Part shown: positions 29,494 to 38,632 of the stretch, in pieces
Layout of the letters: the number at the start of each line of letters is the position of its first letter
Position numbering within the stretch: position 1 is the first letter of the stretch
Assembly: GCA_038877255.1 (NCBI GenBank)
Contig: JAVYWZ010000007.1
Location: forward strand, 1-41,482
Direction: 5' to 3'
DNA length: 41,482 nucleotides
Source: Candidatus Micrarchaeaceae archaeon
GTDB taxonomy: Archaea > Micrarchaeota > Micrarchaeia > Micrarchaeales > CABMGC01
Made by a program: the position numbers and the translations under genes
Notes under the pieces: generated by a model
Told to the model about the DNA's origin: nothing
The model's input: the letters and a program-made list of their open reading frames with translations, nothing else
The model's database searches: none

Positions 29494-30483
29494 ATGTCAG
29501 TAATGCCATTCGGCTCTTACGGCTACGAAATTTCAATCCTCGTGATAAGCATAATGATAGCAGCAAGCGGCATCGTGCTCGGTATAGGCTTCGCCACTGA
29601 AAACAGGCGCCTTAAGGACTTTGGCAAGAATGAGCTTATGCAATGTGCCATCAACGGTGCCTTAGTTGGCTCCTTGCTTGTGCTCTTTGTGCCTGGCGGG
29701 GCAATAACTACAATGATAAATGGGCTCGCTATGCAGAACACGCAGATTGCATGCCCTAGCATGCTATCGCAAAATGCTGCGATGTGCCTTGCATACAACT
29801 ACCTCGTAGGCTCTTCATCGTATGTTTTTATGGGCCATGCGAACCTATCTATACTCTACATCTCTACAGCTATGCTGTTGCCATTATATGTGCTCTATGC
29901 TTTGCTTGGCGTTTTCAGCACTTTTCTTGCGCCTTTACTCAGCCAGATAAAATATCTTACGCAAATACTATCAACGACGATAATAAGCGCAACTGTGCAA
30001 GCTGCCTTCTTGCTTTTTTCTGCAGCGAGCGCTCTTACGATACTAATGCCCTTGGGGCTTGTGCTGCGCGCTTTCTACCCTAGCAGGAAACTTGGTGGCT
30101 TTCTTATTGCCGCCGCAATCGGCATGTATGCTGTATTTCCCCTTACTTATGTGCTTAACGCATATGTAGCCAGCGGGTTTACTAGTTCAGCATCTACTGG
30201 CAGCAACCAGGTAAGCATTGTTTCTGGCACGCTCCAGCAAAGTCTTGCTAACGTTACAGCAAGTGGAACAGGCCTGCTTTCCAGCGCCTATACTGCTATA
30301 AAATCAGCAATAAACGATGTGGCAAGCCTGCTAAACATGCTTTTCGGCCTTGTTGCCTACCTTATCGTATACGCATTTGTTCTTCCAGCATTTAGCGTTG
30401 TAATAACAGTGATAAGCGTCAAGGAGCTTGCGCAGCTTCTCGGCTCAGACGCTTCTTTTCTAAATAAGTTGAATATGGTGTGA
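29494..30483 (+). CDS. Polytopic membrane protein, VirB6/CedA-like
   Basis: Multiple TMs, an N-terminal helix-basic loop-helix, a Cys pair in a loop, and LMPLGLVLRAFYPSRKLGGFLIA, similar to the P.tr..G motif region of VirB6/CedA-like proteins. Confidence 0.55.
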   Translation: MSVMPFGSYGYEISILVISIMIAASGIVLGIGFATENRRLKDFGKNELMQCAINGALVGSLLVLFVPGGAITTMINGLAMQNTQIACPSMLSQNAAMCLAYNYLVGSSSYVFMGHANLSILYISTAMLLPLYVLYALLGVFSTFLAPLLSQIKYLTQILSTTIISATVQAAFLLFSAASALTILMPLGLVLRAFYPSRKLGGFLIAAAIGMYAVFPLTYVLNAYVASGFTSSASTGSNQVSIVSGTLQQSLANVTASGTGLLSSAYTAIKSAINDVASLLNMLFGLVAYLIVYAFVLPAFSVVITVISVKELAQLLGSDASFLNKLNMV

Positions 30484-31193
30484 GCATGCATGACAGACCT
30501 TTATCTTACGCGTTTTATGCACTTGCGCTTGCGTCTTTCATATTAAGCATCATACTGCATAGCGCTCTTGTTCTTGTTGTGGTTTCTGTGCTCTTGCTCA
30601 TGAGCAGCGTTTATGCCGGGGCAAGCAAGTTTGTCAACATAGCAGTGCTTGAACTGTTGCATCGCGCAAATGGCAAGCTAAATAACGTTGGTTATGCACT
30701 TGCGCCTGGCGGGGCAGCTGCCACTGCAAAGCACGGAGAGAACTACATGAGCATTTCTGCTATAAGGATAGGCATCGGGGCCCATACGCTTGGCAGCAAA
30801 ATAGGAGAAGTATTGTCTGGCCTAAATGTAAATATAGACTACGTTGTGAGAATAAGGCAGATTGATTCACACAGGTTTGTCGAGGGCCTTGCTTTCAAGC
30901 GGAGGCTCAAGGAGCTAGAGCTTGCGAAACTAAACTCTAAGAGTTATATCAGGCTTAACGAGCTCAGACATGAAATAGAAGTGCTTGACAGCGAAATAAG
31001 TGCTGTTTCAAGTTCTAGGCCCGTAGACGTGCTATTCGTCGTAAAAGTCTTTTCGTATGGTGCTTCTCCAAACCTGGCTTCAAAGGAATCAGTTTCAAAT
31101 GCGCAGGGCATTGCAGATGCACTTGGCACAACAGCAGGCGCTTTTGCGGAGTTGCTAAAAGGTGATGAGCTTCTTGAGGTCTTGTCATGCTGA
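30480..31193 (+). CDS. Two-TM plus coiled-coil protein resembling a VirB3 + VirB4 N-terminal module
   Basis: Two N-terminal TMs and an alpha/beta region with a central coiled coil (RRLKELEL..LNELRHEIEVLDSEI); overlaps both neighbours. Confidence 0.5.
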   Translation: MSMHDRPLSYAFYALALASFILSIILHSALVLVVVSVLLLMSSVYAGASKFVNIAVLELLHRANGKLNNVGYALAPGGAAATAKHGENYMSISAIRIGIGAHTLGSKIGEVLSGLNVNIDYVVRIRQIDSHRFVEGLAFKRRLKELELAKLNSKSYIRLNELRHEIEVLDSEISAVSSSRPVDVLFVVKVFSYGASPNLASKESVSNAQGIADALGTTAGAFAELLKGDELLEVLSC

Positions 31194-32221
31194 GCAATGT
31201 AATGGCGTTTGGCACTGTTTCTGGCATGCTTTTCGCAAAGCAGAGCCTAATTCCAAAGACAAAGGACCTACTCGAGTCGTCAAAATCAGGAGTTTACATA
31301 GGCAATTCAGAGGAAGGGCATATGCCCATATTTCTCGACTTTAGCATGTTGGTAAATCCGCACGTGTTCGTGTGCGGCATGACTGGCAGTGGCAAAACGT
31401 ACCTTATGAAAAACCTCATGCTGAAGTTAAGATCTGCAATGCAAGCTGAAATATACTGCATAGATTTCACAGGCGAATATTTTGAGTTTGCCAATGCGTC
31501 AGGCATTGTGTACGTGCGCGTTTCAAACAACGGCACTGACATGCCAGATGTTGCTGCAAAGGTACTTGGTGATATTGTGCAGCGCATGCGCAAACAAGGT
31601 ACTAGGCGCACGCCCTGTGCCTTTGTGTTTCTTGACGAATCTTGGAAGCTTCTCAGCAACAGCGCCAGTTTTACAACATTACTGCGCGAAGGCAGGAAGT
31701 ATGGCGTTGGTCTGATAATGGCTTCCCAACTAATAGAGGACATAGCAGCGCCGATGCTCGACAACATAGCAACAATTTTTGCGTTTAGACTGCAGAACAG
31801 GCAAAGCATAGAACTGCTAGAAAGGAATTATGGCATAGGGGAAGGGCAACTCTCAGCAATACAAAATCTTGGCGTAGGCCAGGCTATGCTCTTTCAAATG
31901 TACAGATCCGGTGGCACAAAGGCATTCGTAGTGAACGTGCACGGCGTTTCGCTTAAGCATTACATAAAACTGGAGTTTGGTGATAACACGTATATAGAGA
32001 TAAGCGCTGAGCGGCTTGAGGAAATACTTGGCAGCGTTTGCGGCGAGTGCGCAGAGGTTGCAATTGCTGGCATTGCAAACGGCAATGTTTCTCTTATCTC
32101 GCTGATATCGTCGCTCAGCAACGCCGGCGTTAGCAGCATTAAGATTATAGAGGTGCTAAGGCGCATCGGCATGAAGGATGATGATATAGCAGATGCCTTT
32201 GCAGCCCTCATCGCGCGATGA
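31187..32221 (+). CDS. Compact HerA/VirB4-family ATPase
   Basis: NPHVFVCGMTGSGKT (Walker A), IDFTGEY, FLDESW (Walker B), REGRKYGVGLIMASQ, N..T.FAFRL, L.VGQA. Confidence 0.88.
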   Translation: MLSNVMAFGTVSGMLFAKQSLIPKTKDLLESSKSGVYIGNSEEGHMPIFLDFSMLVNPHVFVCGMTGSGKTYLMKNLMLKLRSAMQAEIYCIDFTGEYFEFANASGIVYVRVSNNGTDMPDVAAKVLGDIVQRMRKQGTRRTPCAFVFLDESWKLLSNSASFTTLLREGRKYGVGLIMASQLIEDIAAPMLDNIATIFAFRLQNRQSIELLERNYGIGEGQLSAIQNLGVGQAMLFQMYRSGGTKAFVVNVHGVSLKHYIKLEFGDNTYIEISAERLEEILGSVCGECAEVAIAGIANGNVSLISLISSLSNAGVSSIKIIEVLRRIGMKDDDIADAFAALIAR

Positions 32222-32260
32222 TTGACGATTGATAATTGATGATTAATAATTGATGATTGC
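32220..32260. repeat. Heptamer tandem repeat (RATTGAT x6)
   Basis: GATTGAC GATTGAT AATTGAT GATTAAT AATTGAT GATTGC fills the spacer between two cluster genes. Confidence 0.8.
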
Positions 32261-32962
32261 ATGGTGCACATTGGAGCGGAAAAGCCAATTGGCCATTATC
32301 TGATGAGCGGTATGCATGTCAAGCTTTTCATGCAGAAGCCGCTAGCCCATGCAGAGGCGCGTTTGGCTAATTACCCTGGCTTTGTTTTGCTCAGCAGGGG
32401 CTCTAGGCTCGAATACATGCTTGTGCCTGATGCAGAAAAGCCAGACCATTTCTATACAGTTTCAATTGAAAAAGACAGTATGCATTTTTTCATATTTTCA
32501 AAATTATCTCCAGTGTATTTTTTCAGCGAGGCAGTGCTCAGACTCATAAGCATTTTGCAGCTTATGAGCACCGTCTGTACAGCAGAGCTTTCCAGCATTT
32601 ATCCTTATTTGGTGATAGCACTTGCGCAAAGGCAGCTTGCATTCGCTGCGGCGCAGGCAAAGCCAGACAAGCAGCAGAAGAAGCAGGACGAGCTTTCAGC
32701 TATACTTTCGGCGCGCATAAAGCATCTGATTGACGAGAACAGCGCGCTAATACAGAAAGAGGCAGAATCGCATTCTGTGGTAACACGTCTGCTCGCATTG
32801 TTCATCGTTTCAGGATTTAACGGCATGGCAAGCATTTCAGATATATCAGCAAAGACCGGTATGGGCGTGCAGGCCATAAAAGAGGCCATTGCAGCCTTGC
32901 CGGACTTTGGCTATCGTGCGGTTTTCAGAGGTGCCGACAGGTTCGACTTGATAGGCGTTTAA
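32261..32962 (+). CDS. Hypothetical protein with a coiled coil and a C-terminal winged-helix-like domain
   Basis: LSARIKHLIDENSAL coiled coil; SISDISAKTGMGVQAIKEAIAAL..GY...RFDL fits a wHTH pattern. Confidence 0.6.
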   Translation: MVHIGAEKPIGHYLMSGMHVKLFMQKPLAHAEARLANYPGFVLLSRGSRLEYMLVPDAEKPDHFYTVSIEKDSMHFFIFSKLSPVYFFSEAVLRLISILQLMSTVCTAELSSIYPYLVIALAQRQLAFAAAQAKPDKQQKKQDELSAILSARIKHLIDENSALIQKEAESHSVVTRLLALFIVSGFNGMASISDISAKTGMGVQAIKEAIAALPDFGYRAVFRGADRFDLIGV

Positions 32963-33415
32963 ATGGGTCTCTTTGCATCGCTGTTTTTGGAATTTGTGCC
33001 AATTGCATTGGGATTGATCGCACTGCAGTTTCTCAGGTCGCTAAAGCTTTCAAAACACAATGTGACAATATCATTTGACGTTGCGCAAGCATTTAAACAA
33101 GCAAGCGACGCATCTATTTTATACGCGAGCAGATTCAACAGTGGCTTTTTGTCGCTTTCACGCGATTTGTTAATTGCTAACGGTTTGGGCTATGTAAAAT
33201 CAAGCAAGGCAGTTGAGAAGCTGGGCTTCGAGAAGCTAGGTCTGCTTAAGCTCAGCAATCCTGTGCTTGTCAACAATATGCTTCTCAAGCAGAAGCACGG
33301 CAAAATAAACATTTATGCAAATGCGGACGCGCTTTTTAGATGCGCTATATCGCCGAGTTCGCCGCTTTTACTCGCATATATGATAGGTTATGATTTTGGT
33401 GTTTTGAATGTTTAG
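32963..33415 (+). CDS. Single-TM hypothetical protein
   Basis: Abuts the upstream stop codon; N-terminal hydrophobic helix. Confidence 0.65.
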   Translation: MGLFASLFLEFVPIALGLIALQFLRSLKLSKHNVTISFDVAQAFKQASDASILYASRFNSGFLSLSRDLLIANGLGYVKSSKAVEKLGFEKLGLLKLSNPVLVNNMLLKQKHGKINIYANADALFRCAISPSSPLLLAYMIGYDFGVLNV

Positions 33416-33593
33416 CCCTTTGCTTTTGCTGCTTAAGATGATCTTTACTGCATGCGGTGTCTCCATCAGCATGCTCCTTGCGTTTATGTCAATAAAGGAG
33501 GCATTCTCCATTGGCTCTTTTGTTTTCAGGAGTGCGCTTATACTTGTTGCTGTGTTCGTGTGCTCATTTGCAGTTTACATGGTGTTTGCATGA
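33408..33593 (+). CDS. Small two-TM membrane protein
   Basis: 61 aa, hydrophobic, GGTG RBS, overlaps both neighbours. Confidence 0.6.
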   Translation: MFSPLLLLLKMIFTACGVSISMLLAFMSIKEAFSIGSFVFRSALILVAVFVCSFAVYMVFA

Positions 33594-33877
33594 CTGAACT
33601 ATTGCGTCTTTATACGCTCGACGGTTCTCTTGACTTGCTGGCAAGTATCTGCGCCGCAATAGCTTCGCTAGCGTCTGTTTCAAGTATTCTACTAGTATTG
33701 GGCATGCTTAACAATATTGCGCTACTCTCTGCGTTTGCAGCTTCTTTTGCTCTGGCGTTGTTCCTTTTCTTCAAGCTCAGGCACGGGCCCGGAGCGAGCG
33801 AGAGCTCAGCTGGCATAGCGCTGCTTGCTGCAACCGCTAACGTGCTCATACTTTTTGTAATTTCGAGCATATGGTGA
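33590..33877 (+). CDS. Small three-TM membrane protein
   Basis: ATGA overlap at 33590-33593 with a GGTG RBS; hydrophobic helices. Confidence 0.6.
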   Translation: MTELLRLYTLDGSLDLLASICAAIASLASVSSILLVLGMLNNIALLSAFAASFALALFLFFKLRHGPGASESSAGIALLAATANVLILFVISSIW

Positions 33878-33881
33878 CTGC

Positions 33882-36047
33882 TTGCATATATACAAAATAA
33901 CATCTTTGCCTGAGCTACCAAAGCCAGAGCTTTTCATAGAGGCTATGCTCGGCAAGCCGTTTATGCTTTACTGCGATCTTTACGCAGGATGTGCGTATCT
34001 CGTTGTAAATGATGCCGATGACAAAAGGTTTGTTGAGAATGCTGTTTTAGGTATAAAATTTGAACACGCAGAAGTAGGCATGCCCACAGGCAAAGCCATG
34101 TGCATTAGCGCATACGCTAGCAAGCCAGCAGCGCTTTACGATATGAACACCGTTCTTTCAAATGTGTCAGCGTTCCTAGCCTTTTCATTTGTACTAGCAG
34201 ACAAGAAGCAGGTAGAGCTTGCAAAGAAAAGAATTGAGAGGGAAATAAGCAAAAAAGAGATTAGACTTACGCACATGCGCGGCTCACGCGGCGAATCCCA
34301 ATCAACGCAATCCGAGCTGTACTATGATTCTGACATGCGCACGCTGCTGCTTTCGCTTCTTGATTCTCTCAATGCAGCAATGCTTGCAAATGGCACCGCG
34401 TATGCAGCAAGCATCATAGTCGGTGGGCCAGAGTGTGGCGTCGTATCCGCTTATCTGCGCTCAAGGCTTTTCATAATCGCCGAGAAAGAAATTTACGCAA
34501 GCTCCATTGCTGAACTTTTCGAGAAAGCGGGCAGGGCAGACGCCATGCCGCTGGATCTTTTAGCGGCGTCAAGGCTTATCTGCTTGCCTGAGCGTGTGCA
34601 TAAGATTCATGTCCTTAATGCGTTTAATGCTGCATCTTCAGGCAGCATCGTGCTTGGAAATATTCTTCTGCGTGGTATAAAGGAAGAGGGCGAGCTCCGA
34701 ATAGGCGCATCAACGCTTAATCTGGGCACTCTGATAACTGGCCTGCCAGGCACAGGAAAGACCCGTGCTGCAATGGGAATTGCAGAGCAGGTGTTCAGCG
34801 AGGGCAAGCCTGTAGTTGTCATTTCACCAACTGATGAATGGAATTCTTTTGCCCACGCTCGTGGCATGCGTGTCATAAGCCTTTACAAATCGAAAATACA
34901 GATAAATTTCTTCAAATGCGATTCAGCAATAAACATAGAGCGCTTTTACGAGAATCTTGCAATGCTGCTTGCAATAGCGTCAAACGCAGGGCCATATACG
35001 CGATCTCTGGAAAAGGTCCTGCTTGCAGCTTTCAGGAGAATATACCACGGTACGAGAAATCCTGATCCTAGCGACGTGTATGAAGCTATAGAAGAGGAAA
35101 TAATAGACGAGCATGCAAAGCGCAATAATGTAGGGGTAGAATACACAAAGCACGGCGAAAACATACGCGCCGCACTTCAGAATATAAGGCTTCTTCTTTC
35201 AAGGCAGGAATTCGCCTATAAAGAAGGCATAGACATGAACTCTTTGCTGGGTCATGGCGCAGTCTTCGACCTTTCACTTGTAAGTAACAGCATGAAGCCA
35301 TTCTTTTATGCGCTTATCCTTAACCAGATTTATTCTTTTGCAGATTCTTTCGATGTTAACGGTGACTCTGAGCTAAGGCTGCTTATCTGCGTAGAAGAAG
35401 CACAGATAGCGCTCCAGAACGGCGAGTACACAGCAGCAGCAGAAGACCTAAAGCAACGCATACAAGATTTCAGGAAGAAGGGCATTGGGCTTGTGCTCGT
35501 AGCTCACAATATTACCGACATAGATCAAAGCCTGCGCAGGCTCTGCCAGACAAAGCTTTATTTCAGGCAAAGCGCTGATGTTGCAAGATTTGCAGCAACT
35601 GACTTGATGTTTGTAAACGAGGATGTTGTTGTTGTTGCAGACATGCTAAAATTGCTAGACCACAGGGTGTGCGCCGTGAACTACCTTATAGAAGACGCTC
35701 AAGGCAAGCAAGCGGCAAACTCTGTGCTCATCAAAGCGCGTGAGTTGCGCGAATTAGCATTTGACGCTGATGTTGCTTACAAAACAGACGATTCGCAGAT
35801 GCTAGATAACACAGCAGACCTTCAGATTATGCTTGCTAATTCATCAGGCGACCCTGTGGAAGCCCGAATAGAACTCGAGTATGCTGGAGAAAAGATCTTC
35901 AAGGGCTCAACAGACAGTTCAGGAATGTTATCTGTCAAGGGCACACTCAAGGGCAAGCGCTACAAACTGATTGTGCTAGGTGACAAGAAGAAAGATACAC
36001 GTTCATTTAATGTAATTGGCGGAATGCAAAACAAGGTAACCGTTTGA
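33882..36047 (+). CDS. Large HerA/VirB4/VirD4-like ATPase with a C-terminal beta-sandwich-like domain
   Basis: GLPGTGKT (Walker A), INFF, AVFDLS, ICVEEAQ (Walker B), QDFRKKGIGLVLVAH, C-terminal ..GSTDSSGML...GKRYKLIV; TTG start after GGTGA. Confidence 0.82.
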   Translation: MHIYKITSLPELPKPELFIEAMLGKPFMLYCDLYAGCAYLVVNDADDKRFVENAVLGIKFEHAEVGMPTGKAMCISAYASKPAALYDMNTVLSNVSAFLAFSFVLADKKQVELAKKRIEREISKKEIRLTHMRGSRGESQSTQSELYYDSDMRTLLLSLLDSLNAAMLANGTAYAASIIVGGPECGVVSAYLRSRLFIIAEKEIYASSIAELFEKAGRADAMPLDLLAASRLICLPERVHKIHVLNAFNAASSGSIVLGNILLRGIKEEGELRIGASTLNLGTLITGLPGTGKTRAAMGIAEQVFSEGKPVVVISPTDEWNSFAHARGMRVISLYKSKIQINFFKCDSAINIERFYENLAMLLAIASNAGPYTRSLEKVLLAAFRRIYHGTRNPDPSDVYEAIEEEIIDEHAKRNNVGVEYTKHGENIRAALQNIRLLLSRQEFAYKEGIDMNSLLGHGAVFDLSLVSNSMKPFFYALILNQIYSFADSFDVNGDSELRLLICVEEAQIALQNGEYTAAAEDLKQRIQDFRKKGIGLVLVAHNITDIDQSLRRLCQTKLYFRQSADVARFAATDLMFVNEDVVVVADMLKLLDHRVCAVNYLIEDAQGKQAANSVLIKARELRELAFDADVAYKTDDSQMLDNTADLQIMLANSSGDPVEARIELEYAGEKIFKGSTDSSGMLSVKGTLKGKRYKLIVLGDKKKDTRSFNVIGGMQNKVTV

Positions 36048-36258
36048 AAAATTGCAGGGTAATGATGGGCAAAGAGAGCTGTGCGTTGCCATTTAAGCAA
36101 AACATTAAATATAAAAATGAGCGTTGCATAATGATAGCGTGCCTTCATGCTGTTGCGCTTTTACGATGCATGACCACTCTTTAGAAGCGCGCATGTACGC
36201 ATTAGTGTTGGTTTTATAAACTTTTATGTTTTATAACTCTGTTATATTTGGTGTATAT

Positions 36259-38043
36259 ATGGATCGCAGAGATAGGCTAATACCGGAAGAAGAACAGGAG
36301 GTTGTGCGGCTTCAGGCTCCAGATAGCACAGATGTTGATGTCACTGACCCGTTGTTTGCGCCTTATCACAGAACGATGGAAGAAATAGAAAAAATGCCAG
36401 TGCTGGAAAAGACAAAGACAGTATGCCCTGTCTGCAAGCTCATAATAGACGGGACAATATACAAAGACGGTGACAATGTAATGATACGCAAGTACTGTCC
36501 AGAGCACGGTTGGTTCATAGAGAAATATTGGGAAGACTACGACATGTACATGAGCATGCGCGATTACAATTACTTTGGCAGAGGCTTTGACAACCCTGAC
36601 TTTTTGAACAAAGGCGAGAATTGCCCATTCGACTGCGGAATCTGCGAGAGGCACAAATCGCATACAGGACTTGCCAATGTTGTCGTTACAAACAGGTGCC
36701 ACCTATCATGCTGGTACTGCTTCTTCTATGCGAAAGAAAACGACCCTGTTTATGAACCCAGCCTTGAGGAGCTTGACATACTTTTCAAAAAGCTCAGAAA
36801 CCAAAAGCCAATACCTGCAAACGCTTTGCAGATTACTGGCGGAGAGCCGACTATGCGACCTGATATAGTTGAAGTGGTTGCTGCTGCAAAGAAGGATGGC
36901 TTTGACCAGATACAGCTCAATACTACAGGCATAAACCTTGGCTTGCACCCAGATTTGCTTGTGAAGCTAAGGCACGCCGGCGTTAGCACGCTTTACATGA
37001 GTTTCGACGGTGTGAGCAAGCGTGCGAACCCTAAGAATCACTGGGAGATACCGCTTATACTTGATGCTGCAAGAAAGGCAGGCGTCGGCATAGTGCTCGT
37101 ACCTACTGTGATAAGGGGCATAAACGATGGAGAACTTGGCTCAATGATAAACTTTGCGCTGAACAATGTTGATATAGTGCGCGCTGTCAATTTCCAGCCC
37201 GTTTCGCTTGTTGGCAGGATGCCTGACAGGCTAAGAGAGAAGCAGCGCATAACAATACCAGGCGCAATAAAAGAAATAGAGCAACAGACAGGCGGCGTTA
37301 TAACCAAAGAAGACTGGTTCTCCGTGCCTTATATAGGCGGCTTTTCAAAGTTCATAGAAGCGCTGAGTGGCAGCTACTCATACGACCTCTCTATTCATTT
37401 TGCATGTGGAGCAGGTACCTACCTGTTCCTTGACAATGACAATAAGGTAATACCAATAACAAGGTTCCTTGATGCGCGTGGCATGATGGAATATCTGCAA
37501 AACGTAATCAACGAGATGGAAGGCAAGAGCAAGCTCGAGCGCCGCTTAATGGCCATGCGTGCACTAATAAATATAAGGAAATTCATAGACAAGGAAAAGC
37601 AGCCGAAGTCGATAAACTTCACTAAGCTGCTTGGGAGTATTATCATTAGGCATGACTTTGCCTCTTTGGGCGCATTCCAGATGAAATCAATCTTCTTGGG
37701 TATGATGCACTTCCAAGACGAATATACATACGACATAAAACGCGTAGAAAAGTGCGACATACACTACTCTCTGCCCGACGGAAGAGTAATACCTTTCTGC
37801 ACGTTCAACGTCTTTCCAGAAATCTATCGCGACAAGGTGCAAAGGCAATATGCTGTGCCGAGCAACGAATGGCAAGATTCGCACAAAGGCTGGACCTACG
37901 CTTCTGACAAATACAGGAGAAACATAAAAGAACTGGAATCAAACGCGCTTTACGAAAAGACATATTTGCATTTAACAAACTTCTTTGAACTACCTGTTAA
38001 TGCCAAAACGAAAGCTAAAGAAGTTGAGATCATTGCCAAGTAA
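36259..38043 (+). CDS. tes: Tetraether lipid synthase-like radical SAM enzyme (Tes/GDGT-MAS, MJ0619 family)
   Basis: N-terminal CPVC...CPEHG, CPFDCGIC..H..HT.LAN, NRC.LSCWYCF, TGGEPT, NPKNHWE, VNFQPVS.VGR, H..CG, KC.IHY...DGR.IPFC.FN. Confidence 0.85.
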   Translation: MDRRDRLIPEEEQEVVRLQAPDSTDVDVTDPLFAPYHRTMEEIEKMPVLEKTKTVCPVCKLIIDGTIYKDGDNVMIRKYCPEHGWFIEKYWEDYDMYMSMRDYNYFGRGFDNPDFLNKGENCPFDCGICERHKSHTGLANVVVTNRCHLSCWYCFFYAKENDPVYEPSLEELDILFKKLRNQKPIPANALQITGGEPTMRPDIVEVVAAAKKDGFDQIQLNTTGINLGLHPDLLVKLRHAGVSTLYMSFDGVSKRANPKNHWEIPLILDAARKAGVGIVLVPTVIRGINDGELGSMINFALNNVDIVRAVNFQPVSLVGRMPDRLREKQRITIPGAIKEIEQQTGGVITKEDWFSVPYIGGFSKFIEALSGSYSYDLSIHFACGAGTYLFLDNDNKVIPITRFLDARGMMEYLQNVINEMEGKSKLERRLMAMRALINIRKFIDKEKQPKSINFTKLLGSIIIRHDFASLGAFQMKSIFLGMMHFQDEYTYDIKRVEKCDIHYSLPDGRVIPFCTFNVFPEIYRDKVQRQYAVPSNEWQDSHKGWTYASDKYRRNIKELESNALYEKTYLHLTNFFELPVNAKTKAKEVEIIAK

Positions 38044-38054
38044 AAAGGGATAGT

Positions 38055-38597
38055 ATGCAAACAATAACTGAAGGCTCTAATGTCTATGTCGTCGATGAAG
38101 GCGAGAAGTACAGAGTACCATACAACATGGTAAAAGAAGTTGTATTTCGAAACCTTAAAAAGGACGAGCTTATAGACTTGGAGCATTCTGCAAGGTTACA
38201 GTACAGACTATTGCTAAACGACGCCATACTTAAAGCCAAGGTCGAGTTCGTAAAGCAAATAATAACAATAACATACAACCCGAAGGACTCAGGCAGCAAG
38301 AATGCTGAAATAAGCCTTGGGGAAATAGTGCAAATGCTTGAAAAGGAAGGCGTTCACGTTGACCTTTCGCTTGCGCAGCAGCGCGATGTAGACTATAAGC
38401 AGGAGATATGGTACGCACAGTTTCATTCTGCAACGATAAGAGAACACCCGCCTTACAGCTTTACAATGGATGAATGGAAAAAGATGAAGCCAGAATACGA
38501 AAAGAACGTTGCAAAATCACGCAAGAAAAAGTGGGAAAAGTTCACAAAATGGCAGAAGGATTACGAGAAACTGCATCCAGAGCTGCTTCAAAAATAA
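38055..38597 (+). CDS. Hypothetical protein with a possible HMA/ferredoxin-like domain
   Basis: AKVEFVKQIITITYNP...LGEIVQMLEKEG resembles an HMA-type fold lacking CxxC; lies 11 nt after tes. Confidence 0.65.
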   Translation: MQTITEGSNVYVVDEGEKYRVPYNMVKEVVFRNLKKDELIDLEHSARLQYRLLLNDAILKAKVEFVKQIITITYNPKDSGSKNAEISLGEIVQMLEKEGVHVDLSLAQQRDVDYKQEIWYAQFHSATIREHPPYSFTMDEWKKMKPEYEKNVAKSRKKKWEKFTKWQKDYEKLHPELLQK

Positions 38598-38632
38598 GGC
38601 ATGACCACGATTTAGGCTTGTGCTTTATCTGT

